Shown here one piece after another: positions 21,494 through 31,270 of a stretch of DNA of 64,000 bases. The notes under the pieces were generated by a model. It searched no databases. It worked only from the letters and a program-made list of their open reading frames with translations, and had not been told where the DNA came from. Numbering within the stretch: position 1 is the first letter of the stretch; the number at the start of each line of letters is the position of its first letter. The stretch comes from a virus. The translations under genes were made by a program, and so were the position numbers. The stretch covers positions 1 to 64,000 of the IMG/VR virus record IMGVR_UViG_3300023184_009648; one strand, 5' to 3'.

Positions 21494-21741
21494 GTGACCT
21501 TTCTCTACTACTAATGATATTTATGAACAATACCACACAAAATGAAGATTGTTATTTTTACATTGACGGCTCAGTTCCTGAGGAAGAGCAAGTCATTAGC
21601 TGTAGATGTGTTGAATGTGAAAAGAAAAATCAATCGTCAGGTTGGTTTTGGCAAGGTTCTAAAACAGGTTATGGCAAAAATAATGTTACTTGTAAAATGT
21701 GTGGCCATCAAATTAGCGCTATACCTAAAGGGAATATATGA
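21448..21741 (+). CDS. Zn-ribbon protein (likely start 21523)
   Basis: CVEC..CKMC; ATGA overlap with dam. Confidence 0.5.
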   Translation: MEEYMDLNKLAVKLSCDLSLLLMIFMNNTTQNEDCYFYIDGSVPEEEQVISCRCVECEKKNQSSGWFWQGSKTGYGKNNVTCKMCGHQISAIPKGNI

Positions 21742-22478
21742 AGTTTTCTCGTCCCCTCATTAAATTTCAAAGAGAAAAATGGCCACTGAGACAATGGGTC
21801 TTGTCTTTATTTCCTTCTAATTATGAAGCAATGACCTATATTGAGCCCTATAGTGGTGGTGGCAATCTTCTTTTTACAAAAAAGCCATCACAAATAGAAA
21901 TTCTCAATGATATTGATGGTGAATTGATTGGTCTTTTTCACGCTGTTAGAGATGAATCCGATGAACTCATTCGTCGCATGAATCTTTATAAATACTGTGC
22001 AGAATCGTTTGAAACGATAGAAAATAAAACAAATTTTGAAGATTATCTCGATAAAGCCTTACATGACATAATGTTGCGTAAAATGAGCAAAAATGGTCTT
22101 AAACAAAAATATGCAAAACCTGCTGGTCAAACAGCATGGAGGAATAATATTTCTACTTTAGAAGGTTACGCAGAACGCATGCGAGAAGTTTTTATTTTAA
22201 ATAAAAACGCTTTAGAAGTAATTACAGCATTTAATTCACCTGATACAATGCTTTACTGCGATCCACCTTACCTATATGATGGCAAAGAGATCACTTCCGA
22301 TATAAGTGTTGAAGAACACATGGAATTATCTCGATTGTTAAATTCATTTAGTGGAAAAGTTGTCTTAAGTGGTTGCATATCACCTCTTTATAAAAGATTT
22401 TATAAAAATTGGAATATTTTTAAAAAGAAGATAAATAAGTCCAACAAGGAAACTGAGATTATTTGGACTAATTTTTAG
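21738..22478 (+). CDS. dam: DNA adenine methyltransferase (Dam/D12 class)
   Basis: YIEPYSGGG, EILNDID and YCDPPY motifs. Confidence 0.88.
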   Translation: MKFSRPLIKFQREKWPLRQWVLSLFPSNYEAMTYIEPYSGGGNLLFTKKPSQIEILNDIDGELIGLFHAVRDESDELIRRMNLYKYCAESFETIENKTNFEDYLDKALHDIMLRKMSKNGLKQKYAKPAGQTAWRNNISTLEGYAERMREVFILNKNALEVITAFNSPDTMLYCDPPYLYDGKEITSDISVEEHMELSRLLNSFSGKVVLSGCISPLYKRFYKNWNIFKKKINKSNKETEIIWTNF

Positions 22479-22485
22479 AGGTTCA

Positions 22486-22722
22486 ATGCAGTGTAATATG
22501 CCTAATTGCAAAAATTTGAGTGCAAAAAAACTATGTAGCACAGAAATAGTCAATGGTGTTCATACAGGATTGCTAACCTTTTATGCCTGTCCAAATCATC
22601 CTCCTCTAGAGGTTTATCAACAAGTCAAAAAAACTTTTGAGGCAAAAGCTGCAAGTTTGCAAATTTCCAATCCTTTAAAAGAAGTAAAGATGCATAAGAA
22701 TACTGCTTCACCAGCTAAATAA
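22486..22722 (+). CDS. Small Cys/His protein
   Basis: CNMPNC..CPNH; GAGG RBS. Confidence 0.5.
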   Translation: MQCNMPNCKNLSAKKLCSTEIVNGVHTGLLTFYACPNHPPLEVYQQVKKTFEAKAASLQISNPLKEVKMHKNTASPAK

Positions 22723-22725
22723 GTT

Positions 22726-22932
22726 ATGTTACCGGGATTCAAACAATGGTTAGAAGAACTACTCTCTAAGGATAGTCCTTCTTCTGCAGGCGATTTGGAT
22801 GACAGTCAATCCAATTCTGATCGTGCTTTTGGCCGTAGTGGCGCAAAAAGCAAAAATTTTGCTCCCGGCAAGCCAGAAAATATTACGATCCGCAATCCTG
22901 AAAAAATGTTTGGCAAGAAGGAAAAGTCATGA
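22726..22932 (+). CDS. Small protein, CTS-like start (MLPGFKQWLEE)
   Basis: CTAAATA 4 nt upstream; first of four coupled ORFs. Confidence 0.65.
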   Translation: MLPGFKQWLEELLSKDSPSSAGDLDDSQSNSDRAFGRSGAKSKNFAPGKPENITIRNPEKMFGKKEKS

Positions 22933-23240
22933 ATTTTCAACGCTTGTGGGAAAGCATAGAATTAGCAAAAGAAAAAAAGCAGCCTGTGGAAAATAAGGCT
23001 ACATCAGCTATCCGCACGGGAATTGGGATTGATGAAAATTTTTGGGACAATTTTCTTCTTCTTCTAAATAATGCTGAAGGTTTAGGAGAGCTTCTTGATG
23101 TTGATGCAGATGTAATTGGAACATGGGCAAATAAAATCAATAATGCTCGCAAACAAGTTTCTGATTCTGATGATCAAGAAGATGTAAAGAAAAATAAAAA
23201 ACTTATAAAAACAAGCATTCCTGAGGGTGAACCAAAATGA
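22929..23240 (+). CDS. Hypothetical protein, CTS-like start (MNFQRLWE)
   Basis: ATGA coupling. Confidence 0.65.
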   Translation: MNFQRLWESIELAKEKKQPVENKATSAIRTGIGIDENFWDNFLLLLNNAEGLGELLDVDADVIGTWANKINNARKQVSDSDDQEDVKKNKKLIKTSIPEGEPK

Positions 23241-23593
23241 AAAGTTTTTCTCAATGGAAAATGCAAGAAGCACAAAACCCTGTTTGGGAAAATCTTAAAT
23301 CAACTAATTTAAATGTTAACGATAGTGTTCGCCAATTAGCTTTGCCTAAACTGGAAAAAATTCAAGAAGAATTAGTGCGTCGATTAGTTGGTCAAAAAAT
23401 TCAAAGTTACCGTGATGTGCCACCAAATTTACGAGATATGTATGCCCAAACACTTGTCTCTTGTATTTTAGAAATTTTTTACCCCAACACAACAGCCCCT
23501 ACAGATATAGAAATACCAAAATTAAAACGATCAACTGAACCTGTTTATTTACCACAAGATCAGTTTGTAACACCAGCAGCATCAAAGGGATAA
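23237..23593 (+). CDS. Hypothetical protein, CTS-like start (MKSFSQWKMQE)
   Basis: ATGA coupling. Confidence 0.65.
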   Translation: MKSFSQWKMQEAQNPVWENLKSTNLNVNDSVRQLALPKLEKIQEELVRRLVGQKIQSYRDVPPNLRDMYAQTLVSCILEIFYPNTTAPTDIEIPKLKRSTEPVYLPQDQFVTPAASKG

Positions 23594-23594
23594 A

Positions 23595-24035
23595 ATGAAA
23601 AGTTTTTATGAATTTTGTCGTTTATTAGAGAACAATCAAATTGCATCAGCTGGTGATATGCCAGCAGAAAAAGCTGTTGGTGCTGGTCAAATGCCTCCTG
23701 TTTCTGGCGAGCCTCAACCTCAAATGCAGCAAGATGAGCCAGAACAAATTCAACCTAAAATACCAACTGCTCCGGGTGGACCTGAAGAAGCCAAAACTCT
23801 TGAAGATGTTGGAAATGCTATTCGTAAAGTTTTAGAAGAGAAGCTTTTTCCTGCACTTGATAAAAAACAAATTAGCAAAGAAGTTGCAATGGAATTGTAC
23901 AATACAATTGCATCTGAAATATCTAATCGTTATGGCATAACCGCATCTAAGACAAATCAAGGAATGAATAATGCCATGGCTACTAATTCAGAACCTCGTT
24001 CTCCTTCTCCAAAGCAACCTACGGCACAAGGCTAA
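23595..24035 (+). CDS. Pro/Gln-rich protein, CTS-like start (MKSFYEFCRLLE)
   Basis: Coupled ORF. Confidence 0.65.
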   Translation: MKSFYEFCRLLENNQIASAGDMPAEKAVGAGQMPPVSGEPQPQMQQDEPEQIQPKIPTAPGGPEEAKTLEDVGNAIRKVLEEKLFPALDKKQISKEVAMELYNTIASEISNRYGITASKTNQGMNNAMATNSEPRSPSPKQPTAQG

Positions 24036-24919
24036 TGAAACATCGTGGTAGAATTCAAAGCGATGAAGAAAAACAAAGACGGATTGAGCAAGCATTAAAA
24101 AATCGCCGCCATCCGCCACAACCTATCAAATTGCCTAATCCAGAACCACGCCGTGTTGTTAGTCGCATTCATCGTTCTGGAACAATAATAAAATCTAAAC
24201 CTTTAATAATTAGACCATTTTCTCCATTTACTGCAACATTCAAGCACTCAGGTGATCTTGGAGATTTATGGTATAGTTTGCCAGTAATACGGTATCTTGG
24301 AGGTGGATCACTTTATTTAAATCCTGATGGTCTTAAAACTAGAAAACCTGACGGTACAATAAGCGGTCTTAATCCAGAACTTATAAAGATGAGCATTCCA
24401 TTATTAGAATTGCAACATTACATAAAAAAAGTAGAAAAATGGAATCAGCATCAAAAAGTATCTCTTGATATTGATATATTTAGAAAAATATTTCCTCCAA
24501 AGCCAAGCTTGTGTGAAAAAATTTTAGCTTCTTTTTCTGTTCCTTTTTCTGAGATACAGAAACCTTGGATTGAATGTGATTCTAAAAATATAGCCAAGGT
24601 TGTTTTTAACCGATCTTTTAGATACAGAAATGAAAATACAAAATACAAAGAAATACTTGCAGACAATAAAGAAAGTTCTGTTTTTATAGGTCTTCCAGAA
24701 GAGCATCAAGACTTTGAAAGCAAATTTGGAAAAATTGATTATTATAAAATTAAAGATTTTCTTGAAATGGCACAAATTATAAACGGAGCAGAATTATTTG
24801 TAGGAAACCAAAGTAGTTCATTAGCTTTAGCAATAGCTATGCACAAACCATTCATTCAAGAAGCTTACATCCATGGAGCAGATTGCAAAATTGAAATTTC
24901 TAATGCAAAATACATGTAA
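24035..24919 (+). CDS. GT-B glycosyltransferase (GT9/heptosyltransferase-like)
   Basis: HSGDLGDLWYSLP and FLEMAQIINGAELFVGNQSS..LAIAMHKP motifs. Confidence 0.7.
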   Translation: MKHRGRIQSDEEKQRRIEQALKNRRHPPQPIKLPNPEPRRVVSRIHRSGTIIKSKPLIIRPFSPFTATFKHSGDLGDLWYSLPVIRYLGGGSLYLNPDGLKTRKPDGTISGLNPELIKMSIPLLELQHYIKKVEKWNQHQKVSLDIDIFRKIFPPKPSLCEKILASFSVPFSEIQKPWIECDSKNIAKVVFNRSFRYRNENTKYKEILADNKESSVFIGLPEEHQDFESKFGKIDYYKIKDFLEMAQIINGAELFVGNQSSSLALAIAMHKPFIQEAYIHGADCKIEISNAKYM

Positions 24920-25883
24920 ATTTTTACTTACTGGCGCAAATAAAAACAATTCTACTGATGGTGTAATTGTCAGTGGAATCACACATATACTTAAAAACTT
25001 TTTTCCAAATTGCAAAACAGACTATATTACTCTGCAAGATTTAATCCCCATGGAAAAAAGCAAATTACTAACAGAAAAAAAATATGACATGTTATTTGTT
25101 TGCGGAACTCCATGGTTGTGGCATAATTTTCAAGTTTCTACAAAGTATAAAAATTTAATCAGATTATTTGAAGCACATCCAGAATGTAAAAAAATTTTTT
25201 TGGGTGCTGGGTCATGTTTAAATATTTCAGATATCAACAGTGATATTTTAAAAAGTTCAGAAGAAATTAACGGCATTCAAAAATTGTATCTACAATGTAT
25301 CAACATTGTAAGAGACAATATTGCACATGAACTTCTTCAAAATGCCAAAGTAAATTCTACATTATTGCCATGTCCATCTTATTTTTGCTATGGCACAGAA
25401 TCTATCAACGAAGGACTTAGAAAAAATAATGTACTTGTTTATATTGATCCTCGAAAATCTATATCTGAATCGGGGTGGCAATGCTCTAAAAAATTAGATC
25501 ATTTTAATGAATTGAATTTATACTTTTACAATCAATTTAAACCAAAAGTATATGTTGCAAATAGATTAGATATCGAAGGAGCTATGTCTGCTGGTTTGCC
25601 AAGACCGTTATTGTTAAAAAACTACTATCAAACTTTAAAAGTTATGGAAGAAGCTGATTATGTACTTTCTTCTCGTGTTCATTGTGCAGTTCCGGGTTTT
25701 GTACAAGGAAAAGCAATTGGTTTAATTCCTATTGATAGTCGCAGTAAAACTCTTGAAGATTTTGGTTGCTTAATGATTGATGATGTGAAAGATTTTGCAA
25801 AACTAAAACATGAAAAACGCCATTTTTTAAATGCACTAAAAACTTATAAAGAATTGTTGATTCCAATGACAGAAAACAATTGA
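24903..25883 (+). CDS. Polysaccharide pyruvyl transferase-like protein
   Basis: NNSTDGVI, VCGTP, IVRD, PCPS and LSSRVHCAV motifs. Confidence 0.65.
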   Translation: MQNTCKFLLTGANKNNSTDGVIVSGITHILKNFFPNCKTDYITLQDLIPMEKSKLLTEKKYDMLFVCGTPWLWHNFQVSTKYKNLIRLFEAHPECKKIFLGAGSCLNISDINSDILKSSEEINGIQKLYLQCINIVRDNIAHELLQNAKVNSTLLPCPSYFCYGTESINEGLRKNNVLVYIDPRKSISESGWQCSKKLDHFNELNLYFYNQFKPKVYVANRLDIEGAMSAGLPRPLLLKNYYQTLKVMEEADYVLSSRVHCAVPGFVQGKAIGLIPIDSRSKTLEDFGCLMIDDVKDFAKLKHEKRHFLNALKTYKELLIPMTENN

Positions 25884-25928
25884 ATGTAAAAGAGTCATAT
25901 ATAATTTATAAAAACATAAAGAGGTAAT

Positions 25929-26369
25929 ATGCAAAAAGATTTAACCACTGATGAAGTGCAAGAAGCTTTAAAAAAGCTAAATATTTTTCTAGACGATGCA
26001 AAAAAACAATGGGATGCTCAAAATCCCAATCCCAAAAGTTGGTTTGGGATTAACCGTGGTGTTTTGTTAAAAGCAACAACTTTTCTTACATGCATCACCG
26101 ATGAACTTATTCAATATGTTGAAACGATTATTGATAAAGGACCAGATAAAAGAGCAGCTGTTATTTTAACAATGGGACAATTATTTGATTATGTAATGCA
26201 ATCATTTGCACCCTTGTGGCTCAAGCCTATGCTGCCTGCAATGAAACAAATTGTTGTTACCATTGTTATTGGAAACTTAATTGAATTTATTGTGGCAAAA
26301 TACAGAGCAGGATATTGGAAAATGGAGCAAAAAAATGAGTCTGTCAATCAACCTATCAGCGCTAATTAA
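25929..26369 (+). CDS. Hypothetical protein with hydrophobic C-terminal segment
   Basis: GAGG RBS, CATATATA upstream. Confidence 0.55.
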   Translation: MQKDLTTDEVQEALKKLNIFLDDAKKQWDAQNPNPKSWFGINRGVLLKATTFLTCITDELIQYVETIIDKGPDKRAAVILTMGQLFDYVMQSFAPLWLKPMLPAMKQIVVTIVIGNLIEFIVAKYRAGYWKMEQKNESVNQPISAN

Positions 26370-27306
26370 CAAAATTGGGTTACTTCCATTCACAAGAGAA
26401 GAAGTTCTTTCTGTTCAAGATGTAGAACAGAGATCCGGTTGGGAAATTACTGCTTTTGATCTTCCTGAGTCTTGGAACTACACTCAAGGAGAAGGTGTTG
26501 TTGTAGCCGTACTAGACACTGGGGCTGATCTTAATCATCAAGACCTTGCCCCCAACCTTCTTCAAGGTAAAAACTTCGTTGATCCAAGCAAACCTCCCCA
26601 AGATGATAATGGCCATGGCAGTCATGTATCAGGAATTATTTGTGCCTTAAATAACAATATTGGGATTGTAGGCGTTGCACCCAAAACTAAAGTAATGCCA
26701 GTGAAAGTTCTTGATTCATTGGGAAATGGTAATTTAGATGTAGTAGCAGAAGGAATTAGATGGGCAACAAATCAAGGAGTAGATTTTATTACTATGTCGC
26801 TTGGTTCGCCATCACAAATACCTGTTGTAGAAGATGCAATAAAATACGCAACTGATCGTGGAGTTATTATTTGGTGTGCCGCAGGAAATGCTGGTAAAAC
26901 TCGTCAAATATTTTATCCAGCAGCTTATCCGCAATGCATTGGTATTGGAGCAATTGACGAAAGCTTTAATCGTGCAGACTTTAGCTGTACTGGTCCAGAT
27001 CTTGATTTTGTAGCACCGGGTGTAAAGATTTTGAGCACCGTACCAGACAATTGGTATGCAGTACTTTCTGGTACAAGCATGGCAAATCCTTTTGCCGTAG
27101 GTATTGGATGCCTTCTATTATCATATAAGCGTAAAACAGGAATGAATTTACGACTCAATAATGCCCAAGATTACATTGAAGCATTGAAGCAATATACTAT
27201 TCCAACCACAAACCCTAATTTTGGAAATCAACATTTTTTTGAAGGATTTGGAATCATTGACGCTCGTAAAATGAATGAATGGATTGCGTCACACAACAAT
27301 AGTTAA
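26335..27306 (+). CDS. Subtilisin-like S8 serine protease
   Basis: VAVLDTG, HGSHVSG, AAGN and SGTSMA motifs. Confidence 0.95.
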   Translation: MSLSINLSALINKIGLLPFTREEVLSVQDVEQRSGWEITAFDLPESWNYTQGEGVVVAVLDTGADLNHQDLAPNLLQGKNFVDPSKPPQDDNGHGSHVSGIICALNNNIGIVGVAPKTKVMPVKVLDSLGNGNLDVVAEGIRWATNQGVDFITMSLGSPSQIPVVEDAIKYATDRGVIIWCAAGNAGKTRQIFYPAAYPQCIGIGAIDESFNRADFSCTGPDLDFVAPGVKILSTVPDNWYAVLSGTSMANPFAVGIGCLLLSYKRKTGMNLRLNNAQDYIEALKQYTIPTTNPNFGNQHFFEGFGIIDARKMNEWIASHNNS

Positions 27307-27914
27307 TCTTTTTCTGGTAATTTAATTGGTGGAAGTTCATAAAGCATAAACTCTTGTTCTTGACTCAAACTTCCATCTTTTCCTTGGCCTTTTTTTCCAT
27401 CTTCTTTGCCATATCCCTCAGGATTTTGCTGTCCTTCACCTTTTGCTTTGCCTTGAGAACCACCAACCTTTTTACCTTTAGCTAAAGATTGCATGGCTTG
27501 TTGAACTTTTTCATGTGTTTCACGAGTATAAGGAAGTCTATAAACTCGTGGTTCATCAGAATTTTTTTTAGATGAAAAAGGAGCTAGCCAAGAATTGGGT
27601 TTAGTTTCAACAATTTCATTTTCATCATCAAGAGCGTTGGCCCAAATAAGAATATAACCCTTTTTATTGAAATCACTGTTAGATGGCTCATGAACAAAAG
27701 CCCAAAGCATGCCAAATTTTTTTGGCAAAGGCGATTCAGCAGCCCACCCAGATATATTTCCTAAACTGTTCCAGATTACAAAATTAAAATAAAGAACAAG
27801 AGGAACTGCTATAACTTTAATTAACCAATGTCCTTTGCCAAGAATAATAAACCAAAGCAATACTGCACAAATAACTACAAAGGTGAATGGTATGCCAATT
27901 AAAGATAAATCCAT
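27303..27914 (-). CDS. Two-TM membrane protein, last gene of the ExbB/MotA-like operon
   Basis: Two N-terminal hydrophobic helices; EPRVYRLPY; Gly/Lys-rich linker. Confidence 0.65.
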   Translation of the reverse strand: MDLSLIGIPFTFVVICAVLLWFIILGKGHWLIKVIAVPLVLYFNFVIWNSLGNISGWAAESPLPKKFGMLWAFVHEPSNSDFNKKGYILIWANALDDENEIVETKPNSWLAPFSSKKNSDEPRVYRLPYTRETHEKVQQAMQSLAKGKKVGGSQGKAKGEGQQNPEGYGKEDGKKGQGKDGSLSQEQEFMLYELPPIKLPEKD

Positions 27915-27916
27915 GT

Positions 27917-28534
27917 TTAGCTTCCTTTTTGCTTAAGAGCCTGCGTTAATGATTTTGGCAGTGTATTATGACTCACCATATCACCAGATTTGTTTAGTTT
28001 AAAACGCAATAAAGTTTTTTCGTCTCCTGATTTTTCAAGTATCAATTCATTTACAATCAATGTTTTTACTTGTGGATTTAACTTTTCGACCATAACACTA
28101 ACTTTACAAGGTTTTGGATCATTTTTACGATAGGCGTGAGCATTTATGCAATATTCACCTTCTTCAAAGCCACGAAGTGTGACGATCTCTCTGTTATATG
28201 GATATCTAATTTGTCCATTTGGGGTTTCTACAAAATCATTTCTATGACCAAGATCATCTCGATCAAGATGCATGAGTCCATCTTCTCTACGACGGAAACA
28301 AACAAGTGCACCTCTTGGATCTTCTACATAAAGATCAATATCATCATCCATTTCGTCGTTCCAAGACAAAGTTATCATATATTCTGCTTTGATTTGCACA
28401 GAAGATTTTTTATTTTCTTTGTCTACATTTATCATCGCAAAAGCCAAAACAAACATAGCTGTAAAAGCAAGAAGCATATTAAAAAGAAGATCAAGAAAAG
28501 AAGTGTTGCAGCTATAAAGCCTTTTCATCTGCAT
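27917..28534 (-). CDS. ExbD/MotB-like single-TM partner with YfaP-like extracytoplasmic domain
   Basis: TSFLDLLFNML (membrane Asp); ITLSW..DIDLYVEDP..LDRDD..NREIV; GAGGAG RBS. Confidence 0.6.
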   Translation of the reverse strand: MQMKRLYSCNTSFLDLLFNMLLAFTAMFVLAFAMINVDKENKKSSVQIKAEYMITLSWNDEMDDDIDLYVEDPRGALVCFRRREDGLMHLDRDDLGHRNDFVETPNGQIRYPYNREIVTLRGFEEGEYCINAHAYRKNDPKPCKVSVMVEKLNPQVKTLIVNELILEKSGDEKTLLRFKLNKSGDMVSHNTLPKSLTQALKQKGS

Positions 28535-29045
28535 TGGACTCCTCACTTATATGATTTTTAAAAACTTCTAATCTTTGAGCGAAAAGAAAATACTGTAGCT
28601 TAAGCAACTGCCCGCAAATCAAACCAACAAGTGTGGTGTAAAGTGCTGTTGCCATGCTTTTTCCCAATTCAGAAAGAAGTCCTTGTACTGTTTTTATATT
28701 TTGAAGATCAAGTGTTTCAAACCCTGTAAGCATCATAATGAAACCTATAATAGTGCCTAACATGCCAAGGTTCAGGCAAAACTCACTCATAAACCAACCT
28801 AGTTCTTCACGACGAGCAAAAAGTTCATAGGTTTCTTTATCCATACTTTTACGGCCTCCCATATTGAGAATATGATTGCCACAGTTTGTAGATTGAATGA
28901 CAAATATCAAAAATGTAAAAGCACTAAGATAACTTGCATCCTTTGACCAAATAGTTTGTGGAATTTGCAAAAAAAATGCATAAGCAGTACCAACAATCAT
29001 CAAAATATAAAATAACCACCACTTAAGAAATGTTTCATTTCGCAT
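28512..29045 (-). CDS. MotA/TolQ/ExbB proton-channel family protein
   Basis: LGMLGTIIGF and MATALYTTLVGL motifs; several TM helices. Confidence 0.85.
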   Translation of the reverse strand: MRNETFLKWWLFYILMIVGTAYAFFLQIPQTIWSKDASYLSAFTFLIFVIQSTNCGNHILNMGGRKSMDKETYELFARREELGWFMSEFCLNLGMLGTIIGFIMMLTGFETLDLQNIKTVQGLLSELGKSMATALYTTLVGLICGQLLKLQYFLFAQRLEVFKNHISEESNADEKAL

Positions 29046-29535
29046 CTTTAATCTCCTTTTTTAACTCTTCAATTTTATTTTTTAACATTGCAGCAATTTC
29101 ATAATTTTCAACTTTTACAGCTTTAACTATTTTTTCTTCCAATATTTGAATTTGTTCTTTGATGTTTTCTAAAAAATAATGATCTTCAAAATTTTTGGGC
29201 ATTTTGCCTACATGCTTACATGATTTCTGACAACGGCTAAATATTTGTAAGGCAATAGTTTTATGAGCATCGTAACAATCAGGACAACCAAAAAAATGTT
29301 TACTAGCAATTTCTGTTAATGATGTTCCACAAAATTTACAAATATATTTTTGTAATTTTGATGCGTCTTGTAAAATAAACATATTTAAATTATTTTTCAG
29401 TTGGCAAATTAGAAAATAAGATGGGCCACATACTTGACAAGCGTCACAATTTATTTCAATGTTATTTTCTAATTTTGGAACCTGCATATTTTTGGGATTG
29501 GGGCAGGGATTGTTGGTGAAAGGACAATTATCCAT
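29035..29535 (-). CDS. mcsA: McsA-like protein (CxxC clusters plus UVR domain)
   Basis: CKFCG..FGCPDCY..HVGKMP..AVKVENYEIAAMLKNKI. Confidence 0.75.
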   Translation of the reverse strand: MDNCPFTNNPCPNPKNMQVPKLENNIEINCDACQVCGPSYFLICQLKNNLNMFILQDASKLQKYICKFCGTSLTEIASKHFFGCPDCYDAHKTIALQIFSRCQKSCKHVGKMPKNFEDHYFLENIKEQIQILEEKIVKAVKVENYEIAAMLKNKIEELKKEIKDAK

Positions 29536-29538
29536 GCT

Positions 29539-30069
29539 TTATTCCTTTTTAGAAGTTAAATTATTTTTAAATTTCAAAGCTTTATTCTGCAAAGATTTTT
29601 TTTCAGGTTCTGTGATATCATTTTTTAAAATGATCAAAACATTTTCAACAAATTGACAATAAGAATTTACAAATTCACGACGAACTTCAAGCAAATCATT
29701 ATAATAACTTTGCACTTGTTTTTTTGTTAAAGTTGATTTGTATTCTGGATCATTAAACTTATCTATCTCTTTGGCCCAAATGCTTTGAAGTTTTTCAGAT
29801 TGCTCCAATAATTGATTAGCTAAAACAATTATAAAAACATGTTGTTGAAGATTTGATAATTCAGTAAAAGATTTTGTTTTATTGTCGTCCTTATCAGTTA
29901 CCTCTATGGTTTTCCAAAACTCAGTATTAAAAATTCGTTTGTTATAGCGTCGATTTAATTCAATAACAGACTCATAATTTTCAGCTTTTGCCTGAAATTG
30001 AGGCTGGTCTGCAAAATTGCATATTATGAGCAAAAAAGCAATAGCTGTTATCATTTGCACTCTTTTCAT
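29539..30069 (-). CDS. Secreted/membrane-anchored helical protein
   Basis: N-terminal signal-like segment. Confidence 0.55.
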   Translation of the reverse strand: MKRVQMITAIAFLLIICNFADQPQFQAKAENYESVIELNRRYNKRIFNTEFWKTIEVTDKDDNKTKSFTELSNLQQHVFIIVLANQLLEQSEKLQSIWAKEIDKFNDPEYKSTLTKKQVQSYYNDLLEVRREFVNSYCQFVENVLIILKNDITEPEKKSLQNKALKFKNNLTSKKE

Positions 30070-30902
30070 TAAGGCAAAGCTGTGCCTGATACTCTCATTG
30101 TAAATCCATCATCCTGAGTAGCAGCAGCATTAGGTGGAACAACACGCTTTATCCAAACAGGTATAACATCTAGATTTCTAATTTGTCCAACTTGAAATGC
30201 AGAGGTACTAAAAACAACATTTGTAGGAGGAGTTATTTCTGTATCAATAGAATCAGCTTCACTGTTAATAGGACTCCCGCTAACAGCTTTATAAATATTT
30301 AAAACTGGCTGAGAATAACCACTATAAGTTAAATTGTTATTTGTTTCAACTAAAATTTCATGAAATCGATATCCAGCCAAGCCAATAAAATTTATTTCAA
30401 ATGTTGTAGAATCTGAAATAGAATCATAACTGCCAGAAACTGTTATATCTTCAAGATTTGGAACGGTTCTAAGAGCACTTTGAATGTTCAGTGCCCAATC
30501 TACGACACTGACACTCCAATTTGCAACAAGACCACCATGAACACTAGTGTCTGAATAAGAAAAAACATTATTGCCACCGGTAATAGTAGATGCATTGGTT
30601 ACCGTGATAAACTGACGATCATTTTGTAATAAATACCCAAGATTAACATCAGCACCAGATGGAACATCATATTGAACAAAAATAGATGCATTATACAAAG
30701 TCTCAGTAAGATTATCATTGCTAAGATAAATACAACGATATTTAGTAGAACCAGCAGTTGCTTCACTTGTTGATACATCCTGAAACAATGTGGTTCCAGC
30801 AATAGGATTTACAGACGGAGCACCGCCAAGAGAGGCATTAGGATCAGTATTTGTCAATCCGCCTGAAAGTAAAAACTTTAAATCTCCTGCTCCAATTAAC
30901 AT
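30069..30902 (-). CDS. Probable virion structural (tail/baseplate) protein
   Basis: LSGG..NTDPNASLGG, LFQDV..YRCIY, VWIKRVVP; beta-rich. Confidence 0.55.
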   Translation of the reverse strand: MLIGAGDLKFLLSGGLTNTDPNASLGGAPSVNPIAGTTLFQDVSTSEATAGSTKYRCIYLSNDNLTETLYNASIFVQYDVPSGADVNLGYLLQNDRQFITVTNASTITGGNNVFSYSDTSVHGGLVANWSVSVVDWALNIQSALRTVPNLEDITVSGSYDSISDSTTFEINFIGLAGYRFHEILVETNNNLTYSGYSQPVLNIYKAVSGSPINSEADSIDTEITPPTNVVFSTSAFQVGQIRNLDVIPVWIKRVVPPNAAATQDDGFTMRVSGTALP

Positions 30903-31054
30903 TAAGCTTCCTCGTTGAGATTCCTAGAAATTATATAAGAAACATTACGGCTACTGTAGTCAGCAACATTAAGAATTTCGTCAACGGTCAGTCAATGCCA
31001 TATATATTTAAAATTTTTTCACCATATTTTTTCAACCTATTTGGTGAAATCTGA

Positions 31055-31204
31055 TTATGATGAAAAGTATAATAAATTTTTGCTTGTGATCGCCCTATTA
31101 AAAGGGATAATTTCAGCGATTTTCACATCGAAATCATGCAAATAAAGCTGAATAAGCTTAGCATTATCTCCGCTAATATCGATGAAACAACGAAATCCAT
31201 GCAT
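31055..31204 (-). CDS. Possible 49-aa ORF (MHGFRCFIDIS...), not in the ORF track
   Basis: GTACATA 4 nt upstream of the ATG; fills an intergenic gap. Confidence 0.3.
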   Translation of the reverse strand: MHGFRCFIDISGDNAKLIQLYLHDFDVKIAEIIPFNRAITSKNLLYFSS

Positions 31205-31270
31205 AACATATGTACTGAATAGATACTTTTTTTACTAAAATTGGTTGTCCGTTTTATTTAATCATATAAA

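Noticed and set aside
27303-29535. Complete Zorya defence system or flagellar stator
   Set aside because: No long ZorA tail, no OmpA-like domain, no ZorC/D/E and no flagellar genes
31095-31110. C CCT TTT slippery heptamer in the small minus-strand ORF
   Set aside because: A -1 shift meets an immediate TAA; the longer frame would need +1, and the ORF itself is doubtful
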